Shown in pieces: positions 1 through 9,909 of a DNA stretch of 64,000 nt (positions are counted from its first letter, which is position 1; each line of letters begins with the position of its first letter). The DNA comes from Parvibaculum sp. (GTDB lineage: Bacteria; Pseudomonadota; Alphaproteobacteria; Parvibaculales; Parvibaculaceae): assembly GCF_017642695.1 (NCBI RefSeq), contig NZ_JAEPQD010000001.1. One strand, 5' to 3'. A program made the position numbers and the translations under genes. The notes beneath the pieces are model-generated. The model did not search any database. It saw only the letters and a program-made list of their open reading frames with translations, and was not told the origin of the DNA.

Positions 1-245
1 GCCTCGAAGCGGTCGAAAAAATTTCACCGGCGGAGCAGGGCGACGAGATGATGCTGATGGGATTGCGCCTCGAGGAAGGCGTCTCGCTCGCGCGCCACGA
101 GCGGGTTTCGGGGACCGAAATCGCGCCGCCGCGTATCGAGGCGCTTGTGGCCGACGGCCTTCTCGTCCGCAAGGGCGACATCGTCCGGGCGAGCGCTGAT
201 GGCCGCATGGTGCTCGATGCCGTGCTTGCCCGGCTGCTCGCCTAG
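1..245 (+). CDS. C-terminal fragment of radical-SAM HemW/HemN-like (coproporphyrinogen III oxidase family) protein. 5' end lies outside the window
   Basis: Open frame runs from the window edge to the stop at 245. The C-terminal sequence (LEEGVSLAR...LLVRKGD...RMVLDAVLARL) resembles the HemN_C domain of HemW-family proteins. Confidence 0.45.
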   Translation, partial: LEAVEKISPAEQGDEMMLMGLRLEEGVSLARHERVSGTEIAPPRIEALVADGLLVRKGDIVRASADGRMVLDAVLARLLA

Positions 246-254
246 AAACGCCTC

Positions 255-908
255 CTAGAACCCTTCGACATAGTCGGGCTGTGCGTCGGGTGCAGCCGCC
301 TGGAAGGGAGGCAGCGCCTCGCAGCGCGAGACGATGCGATTGATCCGCGCATAAGGTGCAAGGTCGATCCTGAAGCGCCGGTAATTGAGATGCTGCGGCA
401 CCAGAAAGATGTCGGCGACGGTCGGCCGGTCACCGAAGCAGAACGGTGACTCCGGCCGGGCCGCGAGGAGTTGTTCAAGCGCTCCGAATCCCTTTGCCGC
501 CCAATGCGCATACCATTGCTCGCGCTTCTTTTCGTCGATCTCCATCTCGCCCGCGAGATAGCGGTGCACGCCGGAATTGTTGAGCGCATGCATTTCCGCC
601 GCAATGGCAGCCGCGAAGGCCCTTGCTTGCGCCCGCGTTACCGGGTCCGGAGGAAAAAGCGACGGATCTGGAAACACCTCTTCCAGATATTCGATGATTG
701 CGGTCGATTGCGTGATCACCGCGCCGTCATGTTCGAGCGCGGGTACGAGGCCCTGCGGATTGAGCCTGAGATAGGCTTCGGACTTCTGCTCGCTCGCCGG
801 TCCGATATTCACCGAGACATACTCGTAATCGAGACCCTTCAGCGCCAGCGCGATCCGTACCCGATGTCCGGCCGAGTTGCGAAAGAAGTTGTGCAGACGC
901 AGGACCAT
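255..908 (-). CDS. maiA: maleylacetoacetate isomerase / zeta-class glutathione S-transferase
   Basis: 217 aa. N-terminal thioredoxin-like GST motif (SAGHRVRIALALKG...YEYVSV...LNPQGLVPAL) and a GST C-terminal domain. Confidence 0.75.
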   Translation of the reverse strand: MVLRLHNFFRNSAGHRVRIALALKGLDYEYVSVNIGPASEQKSEAYLRLNPQGLVPALEHDGAVITQSTAIIEYLEEVFPDPSLFPPDPVTRAQARAFAAAIAAEMHALNNSGVHRYLAGEMEIDEKKREQWYAHWAAKGFGALEQLLAARPESPFCFGDRPTVADIFLVPQHLNYRRFRIDLAPYARINRIVSRCEALPPFQAAAPDAQPDYVEGF

Positions 909-917
909 GGCGCGGTC

Positions 918-2225
918 TCAGAAAACGGGAGGCTGGAAGCTCGATGGCGCAGGGTCGATCACGACGGCGCCGGTCGGCCGGATTTCGAGAATGGCGAGCC
1001 CCCGGTCCGTGCTGCCGTCCGGGTTGAAGCGGAAGATCCCGTCAACGCCCGCGAACCCGTCCGCATTGGTCAGCGCTTCCCGTGTGAAGCGTTCGCCTTC
1101 CGGCAGGGTCGAGAGCGCGATGGCAAGGCTCACCGCATCATAGCCGAGGCTCGCGATCCGCGGCGGCGTTTCGCCATAGGCGCGGCGGTAACGGATGAGG
1201 AACTGGTCATGGCTTTCAGGCGGAGGTGCCGGAAACCACGCGCCGTTGAGCGGCGGTTCGCGCGCGAGAGAAGGATCGTCCCAGAGCCCGGTGCCGAGAA
1301 ACTTCACCTCGCGCGGATCGATGTCGTAATAGGGCAGCAGCGGCGCCAGCGATTTGAGCTCGCTCCCGCCTTCGGGCAGCAGCACTGCCTGATAGTTGCC
1401 GCCGCCATAGGCAGCAGCGAGGCGTTGGGCCGGGTCGTACATGCCTTCCGGGCTTGCGGGGTAACCCGCGCTCGCGACCACTTCGCCCGCCCTCGCCGAC
1501 ACGGCCTGCTGGAAGGCGGCGCGTACGCGGTCGCCATAGGTGCCGTAGGGATAGAGCGCGGCGAAACGCGTCATGCCTTGCAGCATCGCATAGTCGACGA
1601 TCCGCTCCACATCCTCGCTGAGGGGGAAGGAAAGAAGGTGTACGCCCTCGCCGCCGACTGAACTGTCGGAGGAAAAGGCGACGACCGGCACGTTGACCTG
1701 CCGTGCGAGCGGTGCGACCGCCGACACTTCTTCGGCGAACAAGGGTCCGAGAATGAGGTCCGCGCCGGCATCGAGCGCTTCCTTCGCAGCCGCGCGCGCG
1801 CCTGTCGCCGTGCCGCCCGTCGGCTCCGGCATCAGCAGGATGGTTGGCGTGTCGAACTCGAACAGCGCAAGCTGTGCCGCATTGTAGAGCGCGTTCGAAA
1901 GCGTCCGCACATTGTCGCGCGGCGAGTTGAACGGCAGCAATAGCGCCACCCGGATGGGCCGCTCGCCGGCCATGTAGGCCGGCGTATAGAAGCGCGACGG
2001 GTCGCGCGTATAGCCTGTCGGTTGCGTCGCTGGCGGCGGCGTCACCTCCACTTTCGGTGGTGGTGTCACCTGCGGCGGCGGTGTCTTCTTGCCGCCCAGT
2101 GTGTCGCAGGCCGAAAGCGTGAAGATCGCCGCGATGAGCAGGATCGTTTTCAAGGCCAGTGTCGGGCCGGAACGGGCGGAGAGAACGGTCTTGATCACAG
2201 GATTTTCCCGAACAGATGACGCCAA
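918..2225 (-). CDS. penicillin-binding protein activator LpoA-like periplasmic ligand-binding lipoprotein (YraM family)
   Basis: 435 aa. Signal peptide with lipobox LSAC, a Pro/Thr-rich linker, then a type-I periplasmic-binding-protein fold. Divergent from rsmI, as yraM/yraL are in E. coli. Confidence 0.7.
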   Translation of the reverse strand: MASSVRENPVIKTVLSARSGPTLALKTILLIAAIFTLSACDTLGGKKTPPPQVTPPPKVEVTPPPATQPTGYTRDPSRFYTPAYMAGERPIRVALLLPFNSPRDNVRTLSNALYNAAQLALFEFDTPTILLMPEPTGGTATGARAAAKEALDAGADLILGPLFAEEVSAVAPLARQVNVPVVAFSSDSSVGGEGVHLLSFPLSEDVERIVDYAMLQGMTRFAALYPYGTYGDRVRAAFQQAVSARAGEVVASAGYPASPEGMYDPAQRLAAAYGGGNYQAVLLPEGGSELKSLAPLLPYYDIDPREVKFLGTGLWDDPSLAREPPLNGAWFPAPPPESHDQFLIRYRRAYGETPPRIASLGYDAVSLAIALSTLPEGERFTREALTNADGFAGVDGIFRFNPDGSTDRGLAILEIRPTGAVVIDPAPSSFQPPVF

Positions 2226-2320
2226 GGCCTGCTGAGGCAGGGAGAAGGCGAAGGTACTGTCCGGTATGCGTCAAGTAAACCGGCGTTGCCAAACGCGCCC
2301 GCCGGGGCCAAGGTCCGGGC

Positions 2321-3181
2321 ATGAAAAAGGACCTTCCATCGGCGCGGCTTGCCCCCGGCCTCTATGTCACGGCGACGCCGATCGGCAATGCCGCCGACAT
2401 CACGGCCCGTGCGCTCGAGGTGCTCGCCCGTGCCGATCTCGTCCTTTGCGAGGACACGCGGGTGACCTCCAAGCTTTTCGCCATTCACAACATTTCGGCG
2501 AAAACCGCGCCTTATCACGATCATAACGCGAGCGAAATGCGCCCCCGCATTCTGAAGCGGCTGGAAGCGGGCGAGGCCATCGCGCTCGTCTCCGATGCAG
2601 GCACGCCGCTCGTCTCCGATCCGGGGCTGAAACTGGTGCAGGAGGCGGTGGCCGCCGGTCACAACGTGACGGCGCTGCCCGGCGCCTCTTCCGTCCTGGC
2701 CGCGCTCACGCTGGCGGGCCTGCCGACGGATCGCTTCTTTTTTGCCGGGTTCCTCTCCTCGAAGCAGGAGGCGCGCCGAAGGGAACTCGCCGAACTCGCC
2801 GCCATCCCCTCGACCCTGGTCTTTCTCGAAAGCGCGAACCGGCTCGCTGCCGTGCTCGCCGACATGGCAGCCGCTCTGGGCGGACGTCAGGCCGCGGTTG
2901 CGCGTGAACTCACCAAGAAATTCGAGGAAGTCCGTCGTGGCTCCCTTGGCGACCTCGCCGCGCATTATGCGGAAGCCGGAGCGCCGAAGGGTGAAATCGT
3001 CATCGTCACCGGTCCGCCGGAAAAGCGCGCCGCGCTCTGCGCCCACGAGGTCGACGCCATGATCGAGAATGCGCTCGCGCGCGCGACGCTCAAGGATGCG
3101 GTCGCCGAGATTGTCGCGATGACGGGTCTGCCGCGCCGCGAGATCTATGCCCGCGCCCTCGAACTCTCGGGTGCGAAATGA
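2321..3181 (+). CDS. rsmI: 16S rRNA (cytidine1402-2'-O)-methyltransferase RsmI
   Basis: 286 aa. Tetrapyrrole-methylase fold motifs (LYVTATPIGN, DTRVT, VSDAGTPLVSDPG). Confidence 0.9.
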   Translation: MKKDLPSARLAPGLYVTATPIGNAADITARALEVLARADLVLCEDTRVTSKLFAIHNISAKTAPYHDHNASEMRPRILKRLEAGEAIALVSDAGTPLVSDPGLKLVQEAVAAGHNVTALPGASSVLAALTLAGLPTDRFFFAGFLSSKQEARRRELAELAAIPSTLVFLESANRLAAVLADMAAALGGRQAAVARELTKKFEEVRRGSLGDLAAHYAEAGAPKGEIVIVTGPPEKRAALCAHEVDAMIENALARATLKDAVAEIVAMTGLPRREIYARALELSGAK

Positions 3182-3199
3182 TGCGGAGCACCGCCTGAC

Positions 3200-3568
3200 A
3201 TGGGGCGCCGGCGCGACGCCGCAACGGGCCGCGCCGCCCATCGCCTCGGGCTCCGTGCCGAAACCCTCGCCGCGCTTTTCCTCATTCTCAAGGGCTATCG
3301 CATTCTTGCCCGCCGCCTGAGGACGCCGGCTGGCGAGATCGACATGGTGGTGCGCCGCGGCCGCGCGCTCGCGATCGTCGAGGTCAAGGCGCGCGCCGCC
3401 GGCGCGGAGGAGGCGCTTCAGCCCCGCCAGCGGAAGAGGCTGGAACGAGCGGCTGTGCATTTTCTCGGCCGCAACCCGGCGCTCGCCGAACTCGATCTGC
3501 GCTTCGATGTCGTTCTCGTTGCGCCGCGCCGGCTGCCCCGTCACATGGCGGATGCCTGGCGGCCATAA
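3200..3568 (+). CDS. yraN: YraN family (UPF0102) endonuclease
   Basis: 122 aa. GEIDMV...LAIVEVKAR motif. Conserved position downstream of rsmI. Confidence 0.8.
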   Translation: MGRRRDAATGRAAHRLGLRAETLAALFLILKGYRILARRLRTPAGEIDMVVRRGRALAIVEVKARAAGAEEALQPRQRKRLERAAVHFLGRNPALAELDLRFDVVLVAPRRLPRHMADAWRP

Positions 3569-3629
3569 TCCTGCCGCATCGCACCGGTCATTCTCCGCCC
3601 GGATGATCATGCGGGCGAGGTATCGAGAC

Positions 3630-4208
3630 ATGAACAGGATTGCCGGACTGGCCGTTGCGACGGCGCTCATGCTGGGCGGCTGCGTGCCGCTTGTTCTCGG
3701 TGCGGGTGGCGCGGCGGCTGTCGGCGCGTCGCAGGACAGGGGGCTCGAGCAGGCGGTCGACGATAACGAAATCGCCTTCGAGATAAACCGCAAGCTCCTC
3801 GCGAAGAACCCGGATCTCTATTCCGGCGTCTCGACGCAGGTGCGAAAGGGCCGCGTGCTGCTGACGGGATCCGTGCCAAAGCCTGAAGACCGGGTCACGG
3901 TCACGCGTCTCGTCTGGACCATCGGTGGCGTCAGGGAAGTCATCAACGAATTGAAGGTCGGCGAGAAGGGCGGCTTCTCGCAATCTGTGAGCGACACCAC
4001 GATCTCGACCAAGCTGCGCACGCGCCTCACGGCCGATGGCGATATCACCGGTCGCAATTATTCGATCGAAACCGTGCAGGGCACCATCTATCTGATGGGC
4101 ACCGCACGCGACAAGGCGGAGCTCGATCGCGTGATCGCTCATGCCCGCGACATCTCGGGTGTGCGCAACGTGGTCTCGTATGTCGAGGTGAAGAGCCCGG
4201 CGCAGTAG
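3630..4208 (+). CDS. BON-domain periplasmic lipoprotein (OsmY/YraP/DolP-like)
   Basis: Start set at MNRIAGLAV..LGGC (signal peptide plus lipobox). Two BON-like repeats (VSTQV..GRVLLTGSV, IETVQGTIYLMGTARD). The long upstream extension of the ORF is unlikely to be coding. Confidence 0.75.
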   Translation: MNRIAGLAVATALMLGGCVPLVLGAGGAAAVGASQDRGLEQAVDDNEIAFEINRKLLAKNPDLYSGVSTQVRKGRVLLTGSVPKPEDRVTVTRLVWTIGGVREVINELKVGEKGGFSQSVSDTTISTKLRTRLTADGDITGRNYSIETVQGTIYLMGTARDKAELDRVIAHARDISGVRNVVSYVEVKSPAQ

Positions 4209-4267
4209 CGGGATTCTTCTCATATCGGCGCTTGCCGCCGCCGTCTTTTCCGCGCGAAGATGGCGTC

Positions 4268-5119
4268 ATGGCCACAGGCGGAAGAGAAATCGAGCGCGAG
4301 TTGCGCGCGGCGGGCGAAATGTCCGACGCCGATCTCGACATCGCGCATCTCGCCCTGATGCTTGCCGCCAGCGACCGGCCGGAAATTTCTCTCGCGCCCT
4401 ACCGGACACATCTCTCCGAACTCGTCGACGCCGCCCGCGGGACGGCGGCGGACGACATCTCGGCGCTTTCCTGCAGCGTTGCGGCCGGCATGCTGGCGGG
4501 CGTGATGGCGGGTCGCTTCCGCTATCTCGGCGACGCGGAAACCTACGACGATCCGAGGAACGCGAACCTCGCCCACGTCATCGACCGCCGCAAGGGATTG
4601 CCGGTGACGCTCGGCATTCTCTATCTCCATGTCGGCGCGAAGCTCGGGCTCGACATCACGGGGCTCAATTTCCCCGGCCATTTCGTGCTTCGCCTGCGCG
4701 GTCCCGACGAGGCGCTGGTGCTCGATCCGTTCAATGGCGGCCAGCCGCTCACGCCCGCCGATCTCCTTGCGCTGCTGCGCGGCGTCGAGGGGCCGGAAGC
4801 CCGGCTGACCCCGGAAGCCTGCGAGGCCGTCGGCACGCGCGATATTCTGCTCCGTCTCGAAAACAACATCCTGAGCCGCGCCATCCGGGCGGGCGACTTC
4901 GCCCGCGCCCGCGAAGTGGTGACGCGGATGATCTGGCTTGCGCCGCAGCGCGCCGGTCTCCGCTTCGAGCTTGGTCGCCTCGAGGTTCATGCGGGCCATA
5001 TGGGGGCGGCGGCGGATGCCTTCGCCACCTGCATGGATATCGCCTCCGATATCGGCGAGATGCGGATTGCCGGCATGGCTGAAGAGGCGCTTCGCCGCCT
5101 GAAGCCGAAACTCAACTGA
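4268..5119 (+). CDS. transglutaminase-like / TPR protein (SirB1/YchA-like, UPF0162 family)
   Basis: ATG at 4268 preferred over the upstream TTG at 4232. Transglutaminase-like N-terminal domain (GNCEALAHV-type core: LGILYLHVGAKLGLDITGLNFPGHFVL) with a TPR-like C-terminus. Confidence 0.6.
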   Translation: MATGGREIERELRAAGEMSDADLDIAHLALMLAASDRPEISLAPYRTHLSELVDAARGTAADDISALSCSVAAGMLAGVMAGRFRYLGDAETYDDPRNANLAHVIDRRKGLPVTLGILYLHVGAKLGLDITGLNFPGHFVLRLRGPDEALVLDPFNGGQPLTPADLLALLRGVEGPEARLTPEACEAVGTRDILLRLENNILSRAIRAGDFARAREVVTRMIWLAPQRAGLRFELGRLEVHAGHMGAAADAFATCMDIASDIGEMRIAGMAEEALRRLKPKLN

Positions 5120-5248
5120 GCCGCCATTCTCCGCCGGGCGATTTTTCGCTCGCAAAGCGCGGCCTCTCCCCCCATCTTTGCCCGGAAACCGAGGAAAGAA
5201 ACTGGCCGGCGCGGTGACGCGCGATGCCGTCAGCGTGAGAAGAAGAGC

Positions 5249-6187
5249 ATGAGCCTTTCCGTCGCCATTCAGATGGACCCGATTCACCAGATCAACATCA
5301 ACGCGGATTCGACCTTCGCTCTCGGTCTTGAGGCGCAGTCGCGCGGGCACAAGCTCTTCTATTACGAGCCTCACGACCTCTCGATGCGCGACGGCCGCGT
5401 CTATGCGCAGATGCGGGAGCTGACGCTGCGCCGCGAGGTCGGCAATCATTCGACGCTTGGCAGCCGTGAAAAGGTGTTCCTTGAGGATGTCGATGTGGTG
5501 CTGATGCGCCAGGACCCGCCCTTCGACATGAGCTACATCACGGCGACGCATCTCCTCGAGACGGTGCATCCGAAGACGCTCGTCGTGAACGACCCGTCCG
5601 AAGTTCGCAACGCGCCGGAAAAGCTTTTCGCCGTGCGCTTCAGGGGGTTGCTTCCGCCCACCCTCATCAGCCGCGATCCGCAGGAGATTCGCGGCTTCCG
5701 CAAGGAGTTCGGCGACATCATCGTCAAGCCGCTTTTCGGCAATGGCGGCGCGGGCGTCTTCCGCATTCGCGATGGTGACGAGAACCTCGGCTCGCTGCTC
5801 GAAATGTTCGGCCAGATGAACCGCGAGCCCGTAATCGTGCAGAAATATCTCCCCGAGGTCCGCAAGGGCGACAAGCGCATCATTCTCGTCGATGGCAAGC
5901 CCGTCGGTGCGATCAACCGCGTCCCCGCCGAGGGCGAGGCGCGCTCCAACATGCATGTCGGCGGCCGTGCGGAAAAATGGATGCTGACGAAGCGCGAAAG
6001 CGAGATCTGCGAAATCATCGGTCCCGAACTCAAGGCGCGCGGGCTGATCTTCGTCGGCATCGACGTTATCGGCGACTACCTCACCGAGATCAACGTGACC
6101 TCGCCCACCGGCATTCAGGAGATCGACCGCTTCGACAACGTCAATCTCGCCGCGAAAGTGTGGGACGCAATCGAGGCACGGCGGTAG
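5249..6187 (+). CDS. gshB: glutathione synthetase
   Basis: 312 aa. N-terminal [13 protein letters not shown]... and ATP-grasp motifs ([42 protein letters not shown]). Confidence 0.9.
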   Translation: MSLSVAIQMDPIHQININADSTFALGLEAQSRGHKLFYYEPHDLSMRDGRVYAQMRELTLRREVGNHSTLGSREKVFLEDVDVVLMRQDPPFDMSYITATHLLETVHPKTLVVNDPSEVRNAPEKLFAVRFRGLLPPTLISRDPQEIRGFRKEFGDIIVKPLFGNGGAGVFRIRDGDENLGSLLEMFGQMNREPVIVQKYLPEVRKGDKRIILVDGKPVGAINRVPAEGEARSNMHVGGRAEKWMLTKRESEICEIIGPELKARGLIFVGIDVIGDYLTEINVTSPTGIQEIDRFDNVNLAAKVWDAIEARR

Positions 6188-6232
6188 CGCGGGAACGCGC
6201 TGCCGCTCGCGCCGTCGATGATGTTCGCCGGA

Positions 6233-6400
6233 TCAGTCTTCCTCGACCGTCCGCGTCGTGGTCGTCGTCCGCACGGTCTGCGGCTGCTCCTTGATGACGG
6301 TGCGTTCCGTGACCGTTTCCGTGTCGCTGCCGCAGGCGGCGACGGCGGAAAGCAGGCCGATGGCGGCGATGGGCGCGAGAGCGCGGGCAATGCGGGTCAT
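6233..6400 (-). CDS. small lipoprotein (hypothetical)
   Basis: 55 aa when started at MTRIARALAPIAAIGLLSAVAACGSD (signal peptide plus lipobox). GAGGGA-type RBS upstream. Thr-rich tail. Confidence 0.4.
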   Translation of the reverse strand: MTRIARALAPIAAIGLLSAVAACGSDTETVTERTVIKEQPQTVRTTTTTRTVEED

Positions 6401-6588
6401 GTGGTGGTCCCTCTCGTTTGTCCATGCCCAGCCCGCGGAGACAACGAACGCTCCGCACCCTCGTTCCGGCAGCCGCAAACAAACCCCGTTGCAGCCGCAT
6501 TTGCCGCAATCCCGTCTGCGTTGCGTTTGCCGAAGCCGGGATTCCGGCTAGGCTTTTCCCGTAATTAAGGGCGGAGAGAGGATCGACG

Positions 6589-7875
6589 ATGCGCATGAAC
6601 CCGACGAGATACGGCATCGCGGCCGTGGCGGTGCTGGTCGTTCTCGCGGCGCTGTGGACGCTGCGTCCCGTGCGCGAGCCGGAAGCGCCGAAACCGACGC
6701 CCGAGGAAGTCGCGGCGCGCATCCACGAAAGCGTCATCACCATCGACACCCATGTCGACATCCCGAGTTTCTTCGGTTCGGACAAATACGATCCCGCCCT
6801 TCGCAACACCTGGCCCGTGCAGGTCGACCTGCCGCGCATGCGCGACGGCGGTCTCGATGCCGTCTTCTTCATCGTCTATGTCTCGCAGACCGAGCGCACT
6901 CCCTTCGGCTATGCGGAAGCGGCCTCCGAGGCATTGGCGAAATTCGCCGCCATCCGCCGCATGACGGATATTCAGTACAAGGATCAGATTGGACTGGCGC
7001 TCACCGCCGCCGATGTCCGCCGCCTCCATGAGGAGAAGAAGCGCATTGCCCTCATCGGCATCGAGAACGGCTATTCGATTGCGCAGGAGCCTGCGCTGAT
7101 CGACTTCTACTACAGCCTCGGCGCGCGCTATTTCGGCCTCGTCCACAACGGCCACAACGATCTCGCCGACAGCGCACAGCCGCAGGAAAAGTTCTCGGAC
7201 AAGCCGAACGGCGAGGGCGGCGAGCATGACGGGCTGAGCGCGCTCGGTCGCGCCGCCATTGCCCGCGCGAACGATCTCGGCATGATGGTCGACGTCTCGC
7301 ATGCATCGCGCGCGGCGACGCTCGCTGCCATCGAGGCCTCGCGTGCACCGGTGATCGCCTCGCATTCGGCGGTGCTCGCGCTTCGCGATCATCCGCGCAA
7401 CATTTCCGACGATGAGATGAAGGCGCTGGCCGCGAAGGGAGGCGTCGTCCAGATCGTCGCCTTCGACGAATATCTGCACGAGGTGCCGGCCGAAAAGAAG
7501 AAGGCGCGTGCCGACCTTGCGGGCGCGCTCGGACTCACGAGCCTCGATGCCGTGTTCTCGGCCGATGAGGAGACGAAGCAGGAATATCTCGACGGTGTCG
7601 CCCGCCTCGACGAGAAGTGGCCGCGCGCCACCGTCGCGACGCTCGCCGACCATATCGATTACGCCGTGAAGCTCATCGGCATCGATCATGTCGGCATCGC
7701 CTCGGACTTCCAGGGTGGCGGCGGCATCGAGGGCTGGAGCCACGCCGGCGAGACGCAGAACGTCACCATGGAACTCCTCCGCCGCGGATATGGCGAAGAG
7801 GAGATCGCCAAACTCTGGGGCGGCAATCTGCTGCGCGTCATGGAAGCGGCGGAAAAGGCGCGGAAGGCGTCATAA
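6589..7875 (+). CDS. membrane dipeptidase (peptidase family M19)
   Basis: 428 aa. N-terminal TM anchor. Renal-dipeptidase motifs (ITIDTHVDIP, HNGHNDLADS, MMVDVSHAS). Confidence 0.85.
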   Translation: MRMNPTRYGIAAVAVLVVLAALWTLRPVREPEAPKPTPEEVAARIHESVITIDTHVDIPSFFGSDKYDPALRNTWPVQVDLPRMRDGGLDAVFFIVYVSQTERTPFGYAEAASEALAKFAAIRRMTDIQYKDQIGLALTAADVRRLHEEKKRIALIGIENGYSIAQEPALIDFYYSLGARYFGLVHNGHNDLADSAQPQEKFSDKPNGEGGEHDGLSALGRAAIARANDLGMMVDVSHASRAATLAAIEASRAPVIASHSAVLALRDHPRNISDDEMKALAAKGGVVQIVAFDEYLHEVPAEKKKARADLAGALGLTSLDAVFSADEETKQEYLDGVARLDEKWPRATVATLADHIDYAVKLIGIDHVGIASDFQGGGGIEGWSHAGETQNVTMELLRRGYGEEEIAKLWGGNLLRVMEAAEKARKAS

Positions 7876-7967
7876 GACCATTCCACCGCACCCGTCCCCG
7901 ATTGCATCCCTCTTTGTGCTCGTGTATCTCTTTTGATAATCATTCGCAATAAGCGGGCGGGCATCAA

Positions 7968-8735
7968 ATGGCCGAATCGAAAAATCTCAGGCTCGAAACG
8001 AGCGATGAAGCCCGCGGCCTCGCCGAAACGCTGCTGCGAACCTGCCGCTATGGTGCGCTCGCTTATCTGGAGCCGGGCACCGGCGTCCCCGTCACCTCCC
8101 GCGTCGGTTGCGCGCCCGATCTCGACGGCACGGTCTTCTTTCCGGCCTCGGGTCTTTCCGCGCATACCAGGGCGCTGGCTGAGGACCCGCGCTGCTCGCT
8201 CCTCATCGGCGAGCCCGGCAAGGGCGATCCGCTTGCTCATCCCCGCCTTTCGCTCGTCGCCCGCGTCGTTCGCATCGAGAAGGACAGCGATGCCTATGCG
8301 CGGCTGCGCCGCCGCTATCTCGCTCGCCATCCGAAATCAGAGATCTATCTCGATCTGCCGGACTTCGCCTTCTACCGGCTGGAAGCCGAGCGTGCCTTCC
8401 TGAATGGCGGCTTCGGCAAGGCCTTCGACCTCGCGCCCGCCGACATGTTCCTGCCGCAGGACGAACGCCTCGCCGAGCTCGCGAAGGTCGAGGACGGCGT
8501 CGTCTCCCACATGAACGAGGATCATGGCGATGCCGTCGGTCTCTACGCGACGGTGCTCGCGAAGGCCGAGCCCGGCCATTGGCGCATCGTCTCCCTTGAT
8601 CCGCGCGGGATCGACCTTGCCTCGGGCGAGAAGGTCATCCGCCTCAATTTCGCGGCGCCGCTTGCCTCCGCGGCGGAAATCCGTCCGGTGCTCGTCCAGA
8701 TGGCGAAAGACGCCCGCGCGAAGCTCGCGGGCTGA
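7968..8735 (+). CDS. HugZ-like / pyridoxamine-5'-phosphate-oxidase-related protein with DUF2470
   Basis: 255 aa. PNPOx-like N-terminal fold and the C-terminal DUF2470 motif (VVSHMNEDHGDAV). Confidence 0.65.
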   Translation: MAESKNLRLETSDEARGLAETLLRTCRYGALAYLEPGTGVPVTSRVGCAPDLDGTVFFPASGLSAHTRALAEDPRCSLLIGEPGKGDPLAHPRLSLVARVVRIEKDSDAYARLRRRYLARHPKSEIYLDLPDFAFYRLEAERAFLNGGFGKAFDLAPADMFLPQDERLAELAKVEDGVVSHMNEDHGDAVGLYATVLAKAEPGHWRIVSLDPRGIDLASGEKVIRLNFAAPLASAAEIRPVLVQMAKDARAKLAG

Positions 8736-8779
8736 GGCGGCATCGGTTAGCCTCTCCGTGTTCCTGCCTGGAGAAGCTC

Positions 8780-9754
8780 ATGACATCTCGCGTCCTGCTT
8801 GCGGCCGCTCTCGCGTTGCTCTGTCTTTCCGCGCCTGCCCGGGCGGCAAGCTTCGATTGCGCGAAGGCCTCCTCGCCGCGCGAGAAATCCGTCTGTTCGG
8901 ATGAAGACCTCTCCAAGGCGGATGAGGAAATCGCAGCGCAATATGCTTCGGCACTGAAGCGCCTCTCCGCCGAAGGAGCCGAGCGTTTGCGTGGCGGCCA
9001 GCGCTCCTGGCTCGCCTTTCTCGGCAAGGCCTGTCCCGCGGGCGGCGTCGAATGCCTGGAGGCCTGGTACGAAGAGCGCGTCACCTTCCTTCGCGATGCG
9101 GTGAAGGAGGAAGGCGGGAATACCTATCTCGTTTCGGACGAGTGGCATTTCATCTCGCCCGCGAAGGACGGCGAGGAGGAAATCGTCGGCGCCGACGACA
9201 TACGGTACCGCCAGCAGCTCCATTTCGCGATCGATGCGCCGGAGCGCGAAGGCGAACGCGCCTTCAATACGGCGATCGAACAGCATGGCGACGATCTCTG
9301 GACGGGCTTTGACGGCGAAATGCGCATGGATACGCATATCGCGCTGAACGGTGCGACGGTCGACCTCGCGAGCGCCGATCTTTTTATCTGGCAGTTCCCG
9401 CTCGGCGCCGCGCATGGTTTCGGCGCGGCCGTCCACGTGAATTTCCTGCTCAATGAGGGACGCCCTCTCCGCGCGGAGGATCTCTTCGTGCGCGACGGTT
9501 GGGAAGAAGCTCTTGCGGAGGAGGTTCTTGCCGGGCTGCGGGCGAACGAGGACCTGATCTTCTTCGACGGCCTCGAAGAAACCGTGCGCGGCATGGCCGC
9601 CAAGTCCGAAAACTGGGTCCTCACGAAAGAGGGCCTCGGCGTCAATTTCCCGGTCTACTCGATCGGCCCCTATGCCATGGGGGACCTTACGATCACGGTT
9701 CCCTGGGGCAAGCTTGAGAGCTGGCTCGCCGAGTCCGCCCCGTTTGCCCGATAG
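8780..9754 (+). CDS. secreted DUF1311 (LprI-like) + DUF3298/DUF4163 (RsiV-like) fusion protein
   Basis: 324 aa. Signal peptide (LLCLSAPARA). A Cys-containing DUF1311 N-terminal region (FDCAKASSPREKSVCSD...QRSWL). C-terminal DUF3298-like region. Confidence 0.6.
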   Translation: MTSRVLLAAALALLCLSAPARAASFDCAKASSPREKSVCSDEDLSKADEEIAAQYASALKRLSAEGAERLRGGQRSWLAFLGKACPAGGVECLEAWYEERVTFLRDAVKEEGGNTYLVSDEWHFISPAKDGEEEIVGADDIRYRQQLHFAIDAPEREGERAFNTAIEQHGDDLWTGFDGEMRMDTHIALNGATVDLASADLFIWQFPLGAAHGFGAAVHVNFLLNEGRPLRAEDLFVRDGWEEALAEEVLAGLRANEDLIFFDGLEETVRGMAAKSENWVLTKEGLGVNFPVYSIGPYAMGDLTITVPWGKLESWLAESAPFAR

Positions 9755-9909
9755 GATGTGTAAGAAGAAGGGCAGGCGCTGAGCCGACCGCCCTCAACGG
9801 CCTTATTCCGGCGGGATCGATTTTCCGGCGGAATTTGATCGGGCGCAATGCTGTCGCCGCCGATCCCTGTTAGGGTGGCCGCGTAGCCGAAATCTCGACC
9901 AGGAAAGGA

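Noticed and set aside
3507-3629. Upstream in-frame extension of the BON-domain ORF (MSFSLRRAGCPVTWRMPGG...) overlapping the end of yraN
   Set aside because: It overlaps the yraN coding region in another frame. The signal peptide and lipobox start at the internal ATG 3630
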